Part shown: positions 1 to 9,318 of the stretch, piece by piece | How positions within the stretch are numbered: position 1 is the first letter of the stretch | Layout of the letters: each line of letters begins with the position of its first letter | IMG/VR virus record: IMGVR_UViG_3300050190_000017 | Direction: 5' to 3' (one strand) | DNA length: 64,000 nucleotides | From: a virus | Taxonomy: Duplodnaviria > Heunggongvirae > Uroviricota > Caudoviricetes | Position numbers and translations under genes: made by a program | Notes under the pieces: generated by a model | What the model saw: only the letters and a program-made list of their open reading frames with translations | Database searches by the model: none | What the model was told of the DNA's origin: nothing

Positions 1-976
1 CCACAAGTGCTTCAACTTCCTTGGGCAGCTTCTTACCCGTAAGCCTGTAGGCCACGCTCTCTGCCACAAGTTCAGTCCACTTGGTCAAGGCGTACTCACT
101 TACTACAGGAGCTAAGTCCTTCTTAGCAATGCCACGGGTCGGCCACACGCTGCGAATGTCATCACGGTAGTCAGCTTCAAACAGTAGGTCCAATTCTTTA
201 ACTGAGATCTGGTGATTCTGTTGAATGTTCTTCAATATTAGTTTGTAGATCTGAGCGTCTTCCTCGCTCAGCACACTCTTATATGCAGACGGGGGATCTT
301 CCTGAGTAAGCAATGCCTCAAGCATCTCAGTGGACTGATCCTTACGGATTGACGATACCTTGATGGTAGAGCTGTATAGTTGAATCCATGCGGCTTGAAG
401 CTTGGAACCTGTAGCAAACTCTTTGTGGAGGTGGTGCGCGAGCTCATGGTAGATAACGTATGGGTAGTCAGAGGACGGCATGATCTCCGGGCGAATCTGG
501 AGACGATGGGGACTAGTCTCCGGCTTCTTGGATCGACAGTACATACCAGCGTATTTCTCTCCGTGGAAGGGTAGCACTTCCCACATGCAGGTATCAGGCT
601 GGACGACGAACTCTAACCGATTCTGCTTTAACACCTTGTACACTTTATCTAGTGCAGCGAAGAGGTTCTGACCTACCTCAGGAGCAGGCTTGTAGAAGAA
701 GTGAATCTGTCCGAAGTGAGTGTGGAGCTTCTTCCCCGTGTACAGGTTGTTCAAGTCACAGCCATGGACTTTACCAGGGTAGGGTTCTGCACCAAGGTTG
801 ATGATAACGTCTTTGATAGGAACTTCTACACTAGACTTGAGACTTGATATGTGTGAGTCCTTAGTAAGAAACCCAGAGACGATACCTTTATGCTGTCCTG
901 TTACTTTGAATAAGAAGGGTTTTGCTTTACCTTCGTTTGACCGGGCTAACCCGATGGCATACTGTCCCTTCTCCAT
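1..976 (-). CDS. Zincin-like metallopeptidase (3' end runs off window)
   Basis: Hand-translated; absent from the ORF track because it is truncated. ATG at 976 with GAGGA RBS, open to the window edge; HELAH (HExxH) plus downstream SEYALTKWTELVAES. Confidence 0.7.
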   Translation of the reverse strand, partial: MEKGQYAIGLARSNEGKAKPFLFKVTGQHKGIVSGFLTKDSHISSLKSSVEVPIKDVIINLGAEPYPGKVHGCDLNNLYTGKKLHTHFGQIHFFYKPAPEVGQNLFAALDKVYKVLKQNRLEFVVQPDTCMWEVLPFHGEKYAGMYCRSKKPETSPHRLQIRPEIMPSSDYPYVIYHELAHHLHKEFATGSKLQAAWIQLYSSTIKVSSIRKDQSTEMLEALLTQEDPPSAYKSVLSEEDAQIYKLILKNIQQNHQISVKELDLLFEADYRDDIRSVWPTRGIAKKDLAPVVSEYALTKWTELVAESVAYRLTGKKLPKEVEALV

Positions 977-1013
977 AATCTTAAATCCTCAATGATGCTA
1001 GGTGGGCGGAATG

Positions 1014-1053
1014 AAAAAAAGCCCACCCAGCCGTTAGTTAGCTCAGGTGGGCT
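1014..1053 (-). terminator. Intrinsic terminator
   Basis: Minus strand AGCCCACC...GGTGGGCT stem followed by a T-run, downstream of 1087..2277. Confidence 0.75.
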
Positions 1054-1086
1054 CATATACTACTTAAGTCTTAACCAGTGGTTTCT

Positions 1087-2277
1087 TTACAGAGCACCGG
1101 GAACATCCGTACCACTTTGATCGAACAACTGCTCGGACGAGGGAGTCATCTGAATAACGGTATCCCGCTGCTCCTGGGTCAGACTATCCGTATTGAACTG
1201 CGCTGTAGTATTCTGGCTAACCAAGTTGTCCGGGTTGATATGGATAGTCGTGCCTTGCACCTGAGTACTCATGCTGTCCATAACACGTTGGGTTGCATCC
1301 CGGAGGTCTGAGTCCAATTCTACCGCAGGTGCTTCTGCTCGGAGCGCTGCGATAAAATCGCTCGCATCAGTGATGTCACCAGCCAGCTCGTCTACAGGTT
1401 CTGCATCACGGAATTCATCCGTACCCAGGATCACCGTGGCGTACAAACCATCGATACGGAACTCAGGGAATACACCAACGTATGAAGTCCAAACAATACG
1501 GTCTTCTGTCAATGTCGTGTGTACGTCCACAATGTCCATCGTGTGACGCTGTGCTTTAGCGGGATCGTTAGGCTGGAACAGGTCTTGCAACGCCTTGATA
1601 GTTACCTGCTCGCTGAGGGCAAACGTAAGGCGATGCATAATCATGCTCTGTACAGTATCCGGGTACTGCGAATACGCAACCAGTGAGGCAGTAAGCTGGG
1701 CCGGATCGAGAACCAGAGGAACCGTGCGCTCCGTGCTGCTCATTGTGCTGAACTCAACCTTCAACGGCGACTTCTTCTTTGTAGCCGTTACTTTCTCCGG
1801 TGGGAGCAACAGGCCGTCGTCCGTTTCGACAGACAGGGCTTGGGCAAGAATCGTTGTAGCTTGCGGAACATTACTCTGCTGAACTTTATCGGCAAAGCGT
1901 TCGGCACGCGCCTGATCTCGAGCGTCAAATGCGTCTATCTCTGCCAGCCCCTTTGCAGTAAGTTGAATCAGCGGTTCACCTTCTGCAGGCTCTTCCACTT
2001 CATCCGTGTCGTCCTCGTTGAACACCAACAGGTTTTCAATACGTGCTTCCAATTCCGGATCAACGTTGTAGAACTTGTAGTATTCCAGGAAGTTATCCAC
2101 GTCACGATTGTAGAAGTTACCTTGGTCGTCTGCATACACAACTTGCGGTGGGTGCTTAACCTGAACCTTTGCCGGAAGGTCCATATTGGTCAACATCAAA
2201 AACTTTACGGTGCGGCCTTTCTCGTTGAGAAACACAGCGCCGGGGGTTAACAGAGAGAGCAGGTTAGAAATACTCAT
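1087..2277 (-). CDS. Hypothetical protein (396 aa, acidic)
   Basis: Long ORF, GAGGA RBS, upstream TGTAAATA motif. Confidence 0.85.
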   Translation of the reverse strand: MSISNLLSLLTPGAVFLNEKGRTVKFLMLTNMDLPAKVQVKHPPQVVYADDQGNFYNRDVDNFLEYYKFYNVDPELEARIENLLVFNEDDTDEVEEPAEGEPLIQLTAKGLAEIDAFDARDQARAERFADKVQQSNVPQATTILAQALSVETDDGLLLPPEKVTATKKKSPLKVEFSTMSSTERTVPLVLDPAQLTASLVAYSQYPDTVQSMIMHRLTFALSEQVTIKALQDLFQPNDPAKAQRHTMDIVDVHTTLTEDRIVWTSYVGVFPEFRIDGLYATVILGTDEFRDAEPVDELAGDITDASDFIAALRAEAPAVELDSDLRDATQRVMDSMSTQVQGTTIHINPDNLVSQNTTAQFNTDSLTQEQRDTVIQMTPSSEQLFDQSGTDVPGAL

Positions 2278-2330
2278 GAGGATCCTCTACAGAAAATTTG
2301 GGAAGGGTTATTCTTTGTATCTACACTAGT

Positions 2331-2338
2331 TATTTACA
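2331..2338 (-). promoter_or_regulatory. TGTAAATA phage promoter motif
   Basis: Intergenic, sense to downstream gene; 18-bp context identical to 23891..23908. Confidence 0.6.
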
Positions 2339-2347
2339 GGAGTAAAT

Positions 2348-2686
2348 CTACTTTGAAGCTGCCACCGAAGACGCCGGAATAACCGTATTTCCAGGCCCGT
2401 CGATGCTGATATTAAACGCCTTGGCCGTTATATCACGGAGCTTCTGGAAACGGAGCATACAGTCTTGGTGTTCTGCTGCCCACGTCGAGGCCACAGTAAC
2501 TGAGTCACCTTGCGAGTAGGTGTGTGTTGGATCAAGTTGTGTCAATGGAGTACAGTCTACAAGGAGTGACGGAGGAATAACTACCGTCTGGTCTTGGTGC
2601 ACAAGCGGTAGGGGCTTCGGTAAGTTCTTCGGAGCAATAGCACATCCAGAAAACACTAAGGATGAAATGATGATTAGCTTTTTCAT
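2348..2686 (-). CDS. o-spanin (Rz1-like outer-membrane lipoprotein)
   Basis: MKK-hydrophobic signal with lipobox FSG-C, Pro-rich, extra Cys; overlaps the i-spanin by 4 bp. Confidence 0.7.
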   Translation of the reverse strand: MKKLIIISSLVFSGCAIAPKNLPKPLPLVHQDQTVVIPPSLLVDCTPLTQLDPTHTYSQGDSVTVASTWAAEHQDCMLRFQKLRDITAKAFNISIDGPGNTVIPASSVAASK

Positions 2687-3096
2687 TGTGCTTCTCCTAC
2701 GATTGCTGGTTGTGCAAGTGAATTAGCGTTGAGCACGCTGTTGATAGTTTGAACTGTGGGAATCGACCAACCACACGAGGCTGCGATCTTCACATACTTG
2801 GTTTTGTATTGCGTGATGATCTGGGTCGTTACCAAGGCTGCCTTTGCTTTAGCTGCGAATGCATCACCGGCTGCTTTGGCAGCGGACTGCTCCAGGCTAG
2901 TGATAGCCGTATTCTGTGCAGTGCGCTGAGTGTTCTCGTCAGTAACCATCTTGTCGATTGTCTTTTGCTGTGCATCCCATCCACTCTTGTAGCCTGTGGA
3001 GTATCCGTGGTTGTACGCTAACACCGAGGCCGCTCCAACTAGGGCTAGAACTGCTAGGCCGATGATTCCGTATTTAACTAATGCTGCTTCAAGCAT
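2683..3096 (-). CDS. i-spanin (Rz-like)
   Basis: Single N-terminal TM helix, Ala-rich helical periplasmic part, C-terminal Cys, directly upstream of a lipoprotein. Confidence 0.7.
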   Translation of the reverse strand: MLEAALVKYGIIGLAVLALVGAASVLAYNHGYSTGYKSGWDAQQKTIDKMVTDENTQRTAQNTAITSLEQSAAKAAGDAFAAKAKAALVTTQIITQYKTKYVKIAASCGWSIPTVQTINSVLNANSLAQPAIVGEAQ

Positions 3097-3119
3097 ACTA
3101 TGCTCCTCATTAAGGCTGG

Positions 3120-4130
3120 TTAAAAGTACTGCGCTTTGATTCTATCCAAGATACGCTGAGGACAACAGCCGGGGTCCCAGGGCTCCATGCCTGCGGCCTT
3201 AGCTGCCTTTGTAGGGTCATCGTGATTCTCGAATTGACGATACGGAGAGCCCCTCATATTCCACAACTTTACTACACGCACATCAAACATCGTATGTGCT
3301 AGCTCATTTATTTTCTCTGTTGCAGTTATACCTGCTTCGTCCCCGTCCATTAAAATTATTAACCGCTTAACACCAGCCAGCTCCAGATGTTCGATCTTCT
3401 TGATGCTTATACTCTGTGTGCCGAAGATACACATGGCCGGAATACCATGAGATACTAAGCGAAGGGCGTCACGTTGACCTTCTACCAAGACCATAGACTT
3501 GGAGCCTATGTCCTTCATAAGCTGCAGTGAATGGTCGAAGGGAAAGAGACCGTGTGTACGACTCCACTTACCTGCTGCATTAAGATACGAGGGCTGGTCT
3601 GCTTCCTTCTTGAGCCGTGCTCTAAAGAATCCCACCTGCTCGTCGTTAATAGTAACTGGAAGGTGTATGAACTTTGTGGAATTCCAGTGCTGGTACTCGT
3701 CACTCCACTTCACACACAACTGCCCACCCAACTCAATCAAGAGGTTAGTGGATAAGCCTCGCCACTTCTTGTTCTTCGGGAGGGGACTGAACTTGAATTT
3801 ATCGTGACGGAAATTCTCTTTGCTCTCAAAGTACTGAGTAGCGGCTGCCACTAGGTCAATCGCAAACTCCTCTTTGGGTTCACCCCTCTTGAAGGGTTGA
3901 AGATTGAGCTTAGGTGCCAATTCGTCCCAACTAGCTTTGGTCCCACACGCATAACAACGAAACGACCCGGGCCACGTTTGAGATAGTGATAGAGAACCGC
4001 TGGGTGTCCCATCATTGTGGAATGGGCAGCGAATCATTACTCGTTCGCCGTACTCCTTCTTCTCTCCACCATATGTTGATAGCTGGGTCTTTATGAAATC
4101 TAACTTCTTCTGTTTGAAGACCGCATCCAT
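3120..4130 (-). CDS. dnaG: DNA primase (CHC2 zinc finger + TOPRIM)
   Basis: CPFH...CYAC zinc finger; EGQRDAL and DGDEAG TOPRIM motifs. Confidence 0.9.
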   Translation of the reverse strand: MDAVFKQKKLDFIKTQLSTYGGEKKEYGERVMIRCPFHNDGTPSGSLSLSQTWPGSFRCYACGTKASWDELAPKLNLQPFKRGEPKEEFAIDLVAAATQYFESKENFRHDKFKFSPLPKNKKWRGLSTNLLIELGGQLCVKWSDEYQHWNSTKFIHLPVTINDEQVGFFRARLKKEADQPSYLNAAGKWSRTHGLFPFDHSLQLMKDIGSKSMVLVEGQRDALRLVSHGIPAMCIFGTQSISIKKIEHLELAGVKRLIILMDGDEAGITATEKINELAHTMFDVRVVKLWNMRGSPYRQFENHDDPTKAAKAAGMEPWDPGCCPQRILDRIKAQYF

Positions 4131-4134
4131 GAGA

Positions 4135-4830
4135 CTAACCCGGAATACTTAGATTGGCGACCGTGGGGTCCTTATATAAAAACTGTTCCAGGGCGTTGAA
4201 AGATCGTAGGAGACCATCTGGTTGATTGAATATCTTAACCCACTCAGCCCACTTGGAAATGATTGCTTGTGAGTATATGAACATAGGACGATCCTTCAAC
4301 ACTGGGTATCTATAGAACACATAACGGGTACCCTCCTTGGTGTTGTCCAAGAACTTAGGATCGTTGGTCCATACTAACCGTACACTTCTATTTACAGTAT
4401 CGTAGATGCCGTAGACGTATAGCGTATGCCCGTTAGTGAGCAGCGTGAAGTAGCTGTGGTTGCTTTGATTGTTGATACAGATGGTGTAGGGTTCATCATA
4501 AGCTATGTCATCCATGAGCATCTGCATCTTGTAGAGGTGACGTGCGCCTTCAAACATAGAGTCAATTGCCAACAGCTTGTCTTCGCAGAAGTTAACCAGA
4601 TGGACTCTATCTTCCTCGTACTCAGATAACACCGTAACCGTAAGGTACTTGTTGCGGGTGGGGAGTGGGACTTCCAGTTCTTCAAAGTCCCCATCAATCA
4701 ATAACAAGTATTGACCTTTGAATGGATGGAGAGCATGGCTACCCTTAAGCGTGTTAGGGTCAAGGAAGACAGGAAAGTCTTGAACGGGTGTGGTGGCTGC
4801 TAGAACTAGCGAGCCGTATATAAGTGACAT
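4135..4830 (-). CDS. Hypothetical protein
   Basis: 231-aa ORF in operon context. Confidence 0.75.
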   Translation of the reverse strand: MSLIYGSLVLAATTPVQDFPVFLDPNTLKGSHALHPFKGQYLLLIDGDFEELEVPLPTRNKYLTVTVLSEYEEDRVHLVNFCEDKLLAIDSMFEGARHLYKMQMLMDDIAYDEPYTICINNQSNHSYFTLLTNGHTLYVYGIYDTVNRSVRLVWTNDPKFLDNTKEGTRYVFYRYPVLKDRPMFIYSQAIISKWAEWVKIFNQPDGLLRSFNALEQFLYKDPTVANLSIPG

Positions 4831-4855
4831 TGCAGAACCTCTAGGGTCGGGTACA

Positions 4856-5227
4856 TCAGTTTGAGTTTAGAACTACAGGAGTCATGATAGCCCTAGACCG
4901 TACCGTACCTCCGAGGAAGTGAGGCAGGTCAATAGGGTCATCGATCTCTAAGTCTTGTAGTGCTTGATGCGTACAGTATACAAAGTCCTCCACACCCTCC
5001 GGTACAGAATAGAAGAAGGTGGAGAACAGTTCCTCAGTAAAAATGGGGAATGCGGTTTTGGAGGCTGAGGCTGCATCGTAGGCAGTCAGTACCAGTTGGT
5101 AGTTGTACGGGCCTTTAACCAAGGGAACAAGGAACAGCAAGTACGTATGCGGAGTACCCCGTCTCTCTCGGTCAAACATAACCCATTCAGCATCGCCAAC
5201 TCGATCGAGAGAGTAGCGTTCGCTCAT
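4856..5227 (-). CDS. Hypothetical protein
   Basis: 123-aa ORF, ATGA overlap with upstream gene. Confidence 0.7.
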   Translation of the reverse strand: MSERYSLDRVGDAEWVMFDRERRGTPHTYLLFLVPLVKGPYNYQLVLTAYDAASASKTAFPIFTEELFSTFFYSVPEGVEDFVYCTHQALQDLEIDDPIDLPHFLGGTVRSRAIMTPVVLNSN

Positions 5228-5406
5228 GCTGGACCATCATTAACAATCAGACTGTAGTACAGGACAGCCCCTATGCAACCTACTTCGAAACTAGATCCAT
5301 CCGTTAAGACAATGTGTATGTCACCTTGGTCATTATTGGTGACTTCTTTTATAGTCTTGCCTACAAGCCAGGCGGCCACCGTAGTACCCGTGATAGTATT
5401 AATCAT
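5224..5406 (-). CDS. Hypothetical protein
   Basis: 60 aa, 4-bp overlaps on both sides. Confidence 0.65.
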   Translation of the reverse strand: MINTITGTTVAAWLVGKTIKEVTNNDQGDIHIVLTDGSSFEVGCIGAVLYYSLIVNDGPA

Positions 5407-8400
5407 GCTACTGCCTCCGCAATTTGTTTATCCAAGTTGAGCACATTCAGAAGTGGGAATTTCTTTTGCAGGAAGTTCCGCATATCTTTATCTCTCCACG
5501 GCTTTAGTATCTCGTCCATAACTTCGTCCTCTGTACCAACGAGCACGCCTAGTTCATTAGCATCGTGGACTGCCTTCTTGAGATTGGCAACCAGATTAGG
5601 TAACGCCCAGTCCCATTTGTAACTCAAGTCATCCCTAGCCGATACCTCTAACTCGATCTCAGGCTCGACGGTAAAGTCCACGTTGAACTCATCCTTGTAT
5701 GCCTTAGTAACACCATACGTTGCTTGGTATTGCAGAACATGGATGAATGGAATAACCATAGAGTACGGCACTGCATAGTAATTCGCATCATGAACACTAC
5801 GATTAAACGGCACACGTAACTCCCATTCCTTCTTGGTAATACCCAACTTCTCTTTGAAGATTTTCAGATTCTTATAGTACTCGGTGAAGATAAGTCGCCC
5901 GGCCTTCATCCCTACTTCCGAGGCCATGCCCTGGACTGGCGCATTAGAACCACGACGTACTTGCTTGGCAACAATCATTCGATCTTTGGTGAGGGCAGCG
6001 GGCAGATACTTGCGCCTACCAATTGGGGAGTACACTTGGTATTCGTTTTCTGCCGATTCACTCATGCGCTCCGTCCACTTAGCACCGGCGCGGAACTCAT
6101 TGAACATCTTATCGATAATATTCTGAGCGTATGCCGAACGATCTTCCTCAAGCAATGCCGTGAGCTTCAAGTCTAGTTCTTCGAGCATACGATTTATCTC
6201 AACAATGCGCTTCTTATCCTTCGACACCAGGGTCTCATTGTAGAGTGCGGAGATCTTACCTTTGAGTTCACTAAGTTCGCCTTGCTTAGTGTCTTGGCCC
6301 AAGGCCTCTGGCCCCTTACCGTATAACACCCCAAACACAACGGCTTTCACTGCGTCACGCAATGGGTGTTCTTTATCGACCAGCTGACCAAAGAATCGTA
6401 AGACGTTCAAGATATGAACGTCGCCCTTCTCTTTGATAGCCTTCTTGTTTGCATCGGATGGGTCTTGAATGAATGCCCTACGAAGTTTCTGTCCTGCCTT
6501 AAATGTCTCTGCCAGTACCTTGTCGTTAGCGATAATAGACCATACACGAACTTCATGTGCTGAATAGTCATAACGGATTAGGAGGTAACCCTCGGGGGCC
6601 ACAAACATGCGCTTGATGATCTTCGCCAGAGGTCCTCGGTTGACAATGTTCTGTAGGTTAGGATTCTTAGACGAGGTACGACCTGTGGTAACAATCTCGT
6701 AGTCTGCACGAAGGTGGTCATCGGTTGCGCCATCGAGATTGGTGGTGATCTTCTTGTAGAATCCCTTAACGTAAGTTGACCGCAACTTGGATAACTTTTG
6801 ATGGTCACCATACAAGGAGACCACCTTGTTCTTATCCTTGTAGAAGTCGATGTAGTTCGAGTCAATCTGATCCGCACCTGATTTAGTCTTAGACAGTGCG
6901 GGGAGCCCCAAGATCTCAACGAATAGCTTCTGCTTGTGGGCACTCTTACCTAAGCTAAACATCCACGAGGGACTTGCAGAAGCAAATAGAGAGCCTGCCT
7001 TAAATCCAGAGTTAGCCAATAGCTCTTTGTTAGCCTGTTGGACTTCCTTGAACACCTTGAACTCACCCTCAGTGCGTTTCAGTTCTGCCAGTAATGGCGA
7101 CTCAGAAGACAGCAAGTGCTTGAGGTATGACCGGGATACATTTGAACCGTCTTCACGAAGATGTGACAGCTGGTGTGCCGTATCGGACATCTGGTGTAAC
7201 ATGTGCCGGACAAAGTAAGGCTTGAAGTTCTTGCCCCCGATAGTTATGTGCGAAGCCATTGCTATCTGCTGCTTTCGCATTGCCAACAGACAGGTAACGT
7301 CCTTTGCTCCATACTGTAGGAATCCTTTGTCTCGTGGGTCAACGGTACCTGTAGTACTCCGATCAGCCTTACTGAATCCTTCCTTGGTATAATAGAAGTC
7401 ATCCCCGTATGAGCAGAGTATGGCAGCTAAGTTACCGACCTTCACGCCCTGCGAGGACAGATCAACGAAGTTATCATCAAGTGACTGCTCACCGTACATA
7501 ATCTCCCACACCTTTAACCAGATGATAGGGATCTTTAGGCAGCGTCGTATAACCCGAAGATCAAACATACCGTTGAACGTGACTAGCTCAGGACCTGTTT
7601 TAGCCGAGAATCGCTTACGCAATTCCTTCTTGATATATTTCCTATCTTCTACAGACCAGTGACACAGAGGATGGTCAACTGCTAATACATAGCCGACTTC
7701 CTCATTGTGATTGGTCGCCATCTGAATCGTGTAGATCTTATTGTGGAGTACGGATAGGTTACGTGTTTCAGTATCGACCGCACACACCTCTGCGTCATCA
7801 AATCGCTGCATCAGTCTATCGAACTTCTCAAGCGTGTCGATGTAACGTGGGGTACTCTGTATGTGCGATAAGTCATGAGGATTCTTACCCAGCATCAAGT
7901 AAGAGAAGTGTCTACACCAGAAGCCTAACAGGTTGGCTTTCTCGCCACCCTTTTCCAGAAGCCGTGCGAAGTCTAAAGTAGAGGTCACCTTGAACTTAAG
8001 ATCACCGGAGGTCAAGTTATGAACCCAGCCCCGTTTGAATTCGGAGTTCTCCACCTGAGGGAAGATTGACTTCATTGCTTGGTCGCCAGAGACCAGGATA
8101 TGAGTTGGCTTGAGCTTCTTGATAGCCTGATTGATACGAGCAGCGAATGCTTGTTCGGATTCGTGCTTGGCAGTGCCCTTCATGTGCAAGTGGCGCCAAC
8201 CATTATAGTTGAGTACAGCGTAAGCTGCTTCTGGTACTCCATCTTCCTTGTAGGCCCCTGCTAACTTGCGGGTGTAGTCAATGGACGAGTGGAAGGCAGT
8301 CTTGACTGAACGATCACCTAACAGTTCTTCTGCTTTAAGGTCACGCCCGTCTACCGTTTGGAGAACAATTAGAATACGACGTTTAGAATTATCCCAGTTA

Positions 8401-8486
8401 TAGCAGCGCTTGAGCACGAGGTCATATGGATCTCGTTTACCGGCTGCTGCCTCTGAGAAGGGGAATTGAAATTTTGAATCTAACAT
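5403..8486 (-). CDS. polA: Family A DNA polymerase with N-terminal UDG-like domain and 3'-5' exonuclease
   Basis: ExoI VDTET, ExoII FNGMFD, ExoIII YGAKD; motif A DYSAHEVR, motif B RDAVKAVVFGVLYG, motif C VHDA; N-terminal KLKPTHILVSGDQA..RGW resembles family-4 UDG. ATG 8486 preferred over GTG 8528. Confidence 0.92.
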   Translation of the reverse strand: MLDSKFQFPFSEAAAGKRDPYDLVLKRCYNWDNSKRRILIVLQTVDGRDLKAEELLGDRSVKTAFHSSIDYTRKLAGAYKEDGVPEAAYAVLNYNGWRHLHMKGTAKHESEQAFAARINQAIKKLKPTHILVSGDQAMKSIFPQVENSEFKRGWVHNLTSGDLKFKVTSTLDFARLLEKGGEKANLLGFWCRHFSYLMLGKNPHDLSHIQSTPRYIDTLEKFDRLMQRFDDAEVCAVDTETRNLSVLHNKIYTIQMATNHNEEVGYVLAVDHPLCHWSVEDRKYIKKELRKRFSAKTGPELVTFNGMFDLRVIRRCLKIPIIWLKVWEIMYGEQSLDDNFVDLSSQGVKVGNLAAILCSYGDDFYYTKEGFSKADRSTTGTVDPRDKGFLQYGAKDVTCLLAMRKQQIAMASHITIGGKNFKPYFVRHMLHQMSDTAHQLSHLREDGSNVSRSYLKHLLSSESPLLAELKRTEGEFKVFKEVQQANKELLANSGFKAGSLFASASPSWMFSLGKSAHKQKLFVEILGLPALSKTKSGADQIDSNYIDFYKDKNKVVSLYGDHQKLSKLRSTYVKGFYKKITTNLDGATDDHLRADYEIVTTGRTSSKNPNLQNIVNRGPLAKIIKRMFVAPEGYLLIRYDYSAHEVRVWSIIANDKVLAETFKAGQKLRRAFIQDPSDANKKAIKEKGDVHILNVLRFFGQLVDKEHPLRDAVKAVVFGVLYGKGPEALGQDTKQGELSELKGKISALYNETLVSKDKKRIVEINRMLEELDLKLTALLEEDRSAYAQNIIDKMFNEFRAGAKWTERMSESAENEYQVYSPIGRRKYLPAALTKDRMIVAKQVRRGSNAPVQGMASEVGMKAGRLIFTEYYKNLKIFKEKLGITKKEWELRVPFNRSVHDANYYAVPYSMVIPFIHVLQYQATYGVTKAYKDEFNVDFTVEPEIELEVSARDDLSYKWDWALPNLVANLKKAVHDANELGVLVGTEDEVMDEILKPWRDKDMRNFLQKKFPLLNVLNLDKQIAEAVA

Positions 8487-8514
8487 GGAACGGAACCTTA
8501 AAGGTATATGACTA

Positions 8515-8522
8515 TATTTACA
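8515..8522 (-). promoter_or_regulatory. TGTAAATA motif upstream of DNA polymerase
   Basis: Just downstream of a terminator, about 30 nt before the ATG. Confidence 0.6.
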
Positions 8523-8533
8523 AGACACAAACG

Positions 8534-8569
8534 AAAAAGCCGCCTCGACCTGTTGAAGTCGGGCGGCTT
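8534..8569 (-). terminator. Intrinsic terminator
   Basis: AGCCGCCCGAC...GTCGAGGCGGCT stem followed by TTTT on minus strand. Confidence 0.8.
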
Positions 8570-8575
8570 ATTGTC

Positions 8576-8944
8576 TTACTTAAATTCTACGTCTAGTACG
8601 TCTGCTAGTGCTTCGACACCAAGACGGTGAACAGCCTTAGGCGCTTTGTGGACCTTAGAATCCAGGGAGTCTGCCTGCAGTACATTCATTGCACCGAGGA
8701 TAAGTGTAGGGTTCTTCGGGTCACGCGAATAATCGAGCTTGACAGGGGTTAGGCATACGAACCACTTGTCTTTCGCATTACCTTCTAGAGCGTGCCACGG
8801 TTGTCCTACTTGAACATACGACATATAGGATTGAGTGAGCTTTCCGTTGGTATAAATCTCTACGGGCTTATCGTTGAAACCTCTGCGGGCCTGCGGTTGG
8901 TCAACAGGAGGAACAATAACATAGGGTGCTAAAATAGTACTCAC
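8576..8944 (-). CDS. Hypothetical protein
   Basis: 122-aa ORF with GGAG RBS. Confidence 0.7.
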   Translation of the reverse strand: MSTILAPYVIVPPVDQPQARRGFNDKPVEIYTNGKLTQSYMSYVQVGQPWHALEGNAKDKWFVCLTPVKLDYSRDPKNPTLILGAMNVLQADSLDSKVHKAPKAVHRLGVEALADVLDVEFK

Positions 8945-8972
8945 GACGACAACTCCAGGTATGATGGATCAG

Positions 8973-9254
8973 TTACCAGGTGGGTTGCTTAAAGCCCTTA
9001 TACGGATAAACGTTGTGCTCCATGTCGAACCTAAATTCTTTCACGAGCTTAACTAGCTGTGAAAGTAGGTGCATAGGGGTATCAGGGAAATTAAGAGCAA
9101 CCCAATGTGAGTCTATGTCCGCTAGAAAATCATAACGGACTGTCCTGGAATCACCGATCCTTGGGTTTATTTGTAACTTCGATGCTGAAATATGGGGTGC
9201 TCCCGTCTGGGCAGCAGTATAGAAAAACGAGTCAGACCAACGGGAGTAGACCAT
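8973..9254 (-). CDS. Hypothetical protein
   Basis: 93-aa ORF with GAGGA RBS. Confidence 0.7.
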   Translation of the reverse strand: MVYSRWSDSFFYTAAQTGAPHISASKLQINPRIGDSRTVRYDFLADIDSHWVALNFPDTPMHLLSQLVKLVKEFRFDMEHNVYPYKGFKQPTW

Positions 9255-9318
9255 AGTGCTTATTCCTCAGTGAAGCTGTCGATGAGTCTAAATAATGCGC
9301 CTACGATAAAATTGTTAG

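Noticed and set aside
1001-1027. Alternative hairpin GGTGGGC/GCCCACC competing with the terminator
   Set aside because: Its partner lies downstream of the U-tract on the transcribed strand, so it cannot act as a co-transcriptional antiterminator.
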